Assembly (NCBI GenBank): GCA_019057385.1
Contig: JAHQJS010000004.1
Location: forward strand, 598,408-662,407
From: Candidatus Borrarchaeum weybense
GTDB taxonomy: Archaea > Asgardarchaeota > Sifarchaeia > Borrarchaeales > Borrarchaeaceae
Reading direction: 5' to 3'
DNA: 64,000 nucleotides
Position numbers and translations under genes: made by a program. Under the pieces are notes generated by a model. The model worked only from the letters and a program-made list of their open reading frames with translations, had not been told where the DNA came from and made no database searches. This document shows positions 61,291-64,000 of this stretch, piece after piece; positions within the stretch are counted from its first letter, which is position 1, and each line of letters opens with the position of its first letter.

Positions 61291-61722
61291 TTGACTGAAG
61301 AAAAATTTATTCGATTCTCAGTAAGTCTGTCAGAGGATTTACTAAACGAATTCGATAAAATTAGGCAATTAAGTGGTTTTGAAACCCGAAGCGATGGAAT
61401 ACGATCTGCAATGCGAGACTTCATTGTCAATTACAAGCAGTTAGAACAATTAGAGGGTGATCGTGCGGGAACTATCACTATTATACTCGATCATCATGGA
61501 GAAGCGGGGGTTATGGACCAATTAACTGATTTGGAACATCATAATAGATCCATTATTACGGCGAATCTCCACATTCATCTAGATGAAGAAAATTGTATGA
61601 ATATTCTAGCCGTCCGTGGGGATGTAGAACAAATAAAGAATTTGGTTAGTAAACTCAATGCATTGCCACTTAAATACATCCGTCCAACATTGACAGTCCC
61701 TGGAGAAGAAATCCCAACGTAA
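61291..61722 (+). CDS. nikR: Nickel-responsive regulator NikR
   Basis: RFSVSL ribbon, RSDGIR, HIHL...C metal site. Confidence 0.92.
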   Translation: MTEEKFIRFSVSLSEDLLNEFDKIRQLSGFETRSDGIRSAMRDFIVNYKQLEQLEGDRAGTITIILDHHGEAGVMDQLTDLEHHNRSIITANLHIHLDEENCMNILAVRGDVEQIKNLVSKLNALPLKYIRPTLTVPGEEIPT

Positions 61723-61828
61723 ATTGGGGCGAATGGATAATCACCACTAAACGATTGTTGCTTTGAAAACAAGATGTAAAAAAATGAAATGTGATTAATT
61801 AAGCCTTAGATATTGATAAATCTAAGTA

Positions 61829-62509
61829 CTATACTGTTTTCTCGATTTTATGCAAGAGGCGGTCACTAAATTTCTTTTTATAGACAATATAGGCCACTAT
61901 TATGACCACAATGGCCACGAGGGTGATCGTCTCAAAGAAATCAATTGCTTCTGCTAGACCTGCATATGTGCGCCCGACAATCCAACCAAGGGCAGCCAAA
62001 GAAAAACAACGCGGCAGTGCCCCAAGAAATGTCCAAATTGTGAATTTTTCAACTCTAATTCGTAAAACGCCAAAAATAAAGGACATTACAGAAAGTGGGA
62101 TGATTGGGATTGCCCGTAATGTAAAGATAATGCCTGGGATAGCCCCTGGACGTGCTTCAAATTTATTTTGCATAATATCAAGTTCTTCTACTGAGACTCC
62201 GAAGAGCCATTTGTATTTTTGAATCGCTGGACGTCCGCCGTAATATCCAATCCCATATCCGATGTAGGAGCCTAATGTTGATGCAAACGCACCAACTACT
62301 GCGATTAATAGAAGTTGGATTATCGCAGCAGTTATTCCTAGATCTGGGGACAGCAAAATGAACCCCGCTCCCATCATTATCAAAGGAGAGGGAATAGGAA
62401 TAATAACTGACTCGATTATTACACCCAGAAATACTCCAAATAAACCTAATGTACGTATCCAGTTTATCACGGTAGTAGTGAAGGTTTCTACTAGTTCTCC
62501 AAGAATCAT
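61829..62509 (-). CDS. DedA/VTT membrane protein
   Basis: IESVIIPIPS, GYYGGRP, RAIP. Confidence 0.88.
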   Translation of the reverse strand: MILGELVETFTTTVINWIRTLGLFGVFLGVIIESVIIPIPSPLIMMGAGFILLSPDLGITAAIIQLLLIAVVGAFASTLGSYIGYGIGYYGGRPAIQKYKWLFGVSVEELDIMQNKFEARPGAIPGIIFTLRAIPIIPLSVMSFIFGVLRIRVEKFTIWTFLGALPRCFSLAALGWIVGRTYAGLAEAIDFFETITLVAIVVIIVAYIVYKKKFSDRLLHKIEKTV

Positions 62510-62580
62510 AATAATTCAACCATCCAAGTTTAGATTTTGAAAGCAATGAGTCAAATATGTGGAATCATTAAAAATCTTAC

Positions 62581-62975
62581 TATGACTAAGCCAGAAAGCA
62601 CTACAGCTTCAGCGTGGTGATGAATGGCGCGAGGTTTATATAGTTTGTGAAGATAGGTTATAGGAACAGCAAGACGGCTCAAAACATTAGCACGGGGGAG
62701 TTCACATCATGCAACAGGTGATTACGGGAGTGCCGACCGCACCCTCAAAAAACGAAGCCATCAAAGCTACCTTGAAAGCTACTAAAGCGCGCCACACGCG
62801 TCAACGCTGTCGGGTGTTTGAGGTAAAACTCGACAGCTCACACCTTAACCAGCACACACAAGCACAGTTGAAGTGTTTATTTCTGGAAGCCAAATGGCTG
62901 TATAATCATATTCTCTCGCAGCCTACTGTGTTTGCCATGGACTATAAACTCGCTGCAGTGCCGGTCAAAGTCAAC
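62581..62975 (+). mobile_element. Truncated IS200/IS605 element (left end + 5' part of tnpB)
   Basis: TTAC target at 62577-62580, AAAG guide plus hairpin, TTTATATA; matches the left end of the 13289-13493 element. Confidence 0.72.
62709..62975 (+). pseudogene. tnpB: tnpB N-terminal fragment
   Basis: IKATLKATK..CRVFEVKLD..LFLEAKWLYN resembles a TnpB N-terminus; no RuvC; the ORF runs on into antisense uppP. Confidence 0.65.
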
Positions 62976-62998
62976 TTCCCTTTGAAAAACTCAAAGCG

Positions 62999-63811
62999 TC
63001 AAATTAGCGGCAAAAGTCCTAGAATAACCGCTATTAATCCTATAATAACACAAAAGTAGGCAAAATTGACCTTTTTAGCAATTACTAAAAGAAAATCCAT
63101 GCTAAGTAAACCAAAGACAAATGCTACACCGATCATTATTATTAATACATAGATGGAAATGCCTGCCAATTTAGGGACGCCTGAAATTAACAAATCGAAG
63201 ATAAATGCCCCAAGAATCACAGGAACACTCATAAGAAAACTATATTTCAGACAATTTTCTTGCTCAATTTTCCTCCCTAGAAGGGTAGCAACTGTAGTTC
63301 CAGAGCGACTTATTCCAGGAAGGATACTAAACCCTTGAATCAATCCTAAAAGAATTATTTCCTGAAGTGTAAGATCTGTAGCAGGTCGATATTCACGGAT
63401 ATTCCTAAAGAAATAAAGGATGATACCTGTAACAATAAGGAATATGCCAATCAAAGCCGAAATGATATCCCCGTAGATTGGGTTAAATAGTTCATTTAGA
63501 AGAAGATAAAGTGGAATCGCTGTTACCCCAGTGGCCAAAGTTGCGATAATTAGAAATCTTCTAAGATAACTGAATTCGGCTGTTTTAGAAAATATTATAT
63601 TAAAATACTCTGAGCGATATTTTAGAAGTGCTGATCCAGCTGTTCCAAGATGTAACCAAATAATTAGTGACAATATTGTTGATAGTTCGGTGATATTGAA
63701 TACGTAAAGCATAACAAGCGTGATTTGTCCTTCCGAACTAATTGGTAACCATTCTAGCAGCCCTTGTAGTATTGCAATAAGAATAAATTGCAAAAAACTC
63801 AAATAAATCAC
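62999..63811 (-). CDS. uppP: Undecaprenyl-diphosphate phosphatase (UppP/BacA)
   Basis: QGLLEWLPISSEG, LHLGT, PGISRSGTT, SFLMS. Confidence 0.92.
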   Translation of the reverse strand: MIYLSFLQFILIAILQGLLEWLPISSEGQITLVMLYVFNITELSTILSLIIWLHLGTAGSALLKYRSEYFNIIFSKTAEFSYLRRFLIIATLATGVTAIPLYLLLNELFNPIYGDIISALIGIFLIVTGIILYFFRNIREYRPATDLTLQEIILLGLIQGFSILPGISRSGTTVATLLGRKIEQENCLKYSFLMSVPVILGAFIFDLLISGVPKLAGISIYVLIIMIGVAFVFGLLSMDFLLVIAKKVNFAYFCVIIGLIAVILGLLPLI

Positions 63812-63822
63812 ATCTCCCGACC

Positions 63823-63855
63823 CAAGCCCCTACCCTTTAGGGTGGGGTAATTGAC
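63823..63855 (+). repeat. IS605-type right end (solo or distal)
   Basis: CAAG-CCCCTACCCT-TT-AGGGTGGGG-TAATTGAC; the CAAG guide predicts a TGAC cleavage site by the IS608 pairing rule. Confidence 0.7.
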
Positions 63856-63917
63856 GTTCCTGCTTATTCTTTGGTCTATATAGTAGCAACTGGTTTTTTT
63901 GGATATTATAACTGAAT

Positions 63918-64000
63918 TGATGACTAAACTCTTTTATGATTATTCTGATGACTAAACTCTTTTATGATTATTCTGATGACTAAACTCTTTTATGATTATT
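63918..64000. repeat. Perfect 28-bp tandem repeat, about 3 copies, runs off the window
   Basis: Unit TGACTAAACTCTTTTATGATTATTCTGA at 63921, 63949 and 63977 (partial); no spacers. Confidence 0.9.

Noticed and set aside
63918-64000. CRISPR array
   Set aside because: Repeats are contiguous with no spacers, and there are no cas genes in the window.

Overview
AT-rich chromosomal window from an Asgard archaeon. This is inferred from five Rab-like GTPases, longin, roadblock and V4R/TRAPP proteins, a ubiquitin E2, archaeal TATA boxes and Hdr/Frh genes. From left to right: a truncated ubiquitin-conjugating E2 gene missed by the ORF track; a duplicated PAS-histidine-kinase/receiver island leading into a REC-inactive-KaiC fusion, two KaiC ATPases, a Rab and a longin-roadblock-nuclease-fold fusion; GT-C membrane genes; an NPRL2-like longin-wHTH/Rab/roadblock trio; a TnpB IS200/IS605 element; an LRR protein; a ~16 kb Hdr/MvhD/FrhB/GlcDF redox cluster; three tandem Rabs with longin-wHTH and V4R/Bet3-like genes; housekeeping genes. 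Main signals not shown by the ORF track: (1) the fragmented ORFs at 40197-42689 are selenoproteins (HdrA with two in-frame UGA at Cys positions, MvhD with one), each followed by a eukaryote-like SECIS hairpin, one of which uses the MvhD stop codon as its AUGA core; (2) two FrhB proteins fused to helix-turn-helix domains, including a divergent FrhB-TrmB fusion that may be an F420/redox-sensing regulator; (3) a 205-bp IS605 mini-element that keeps only a promoter plus the TnpB omega-RNA region; (4) a C/D-box guide sRNA whose two guides resemble complements of tRNA-Leu. All calls come from reading the sequence by eye; no database searches were run.
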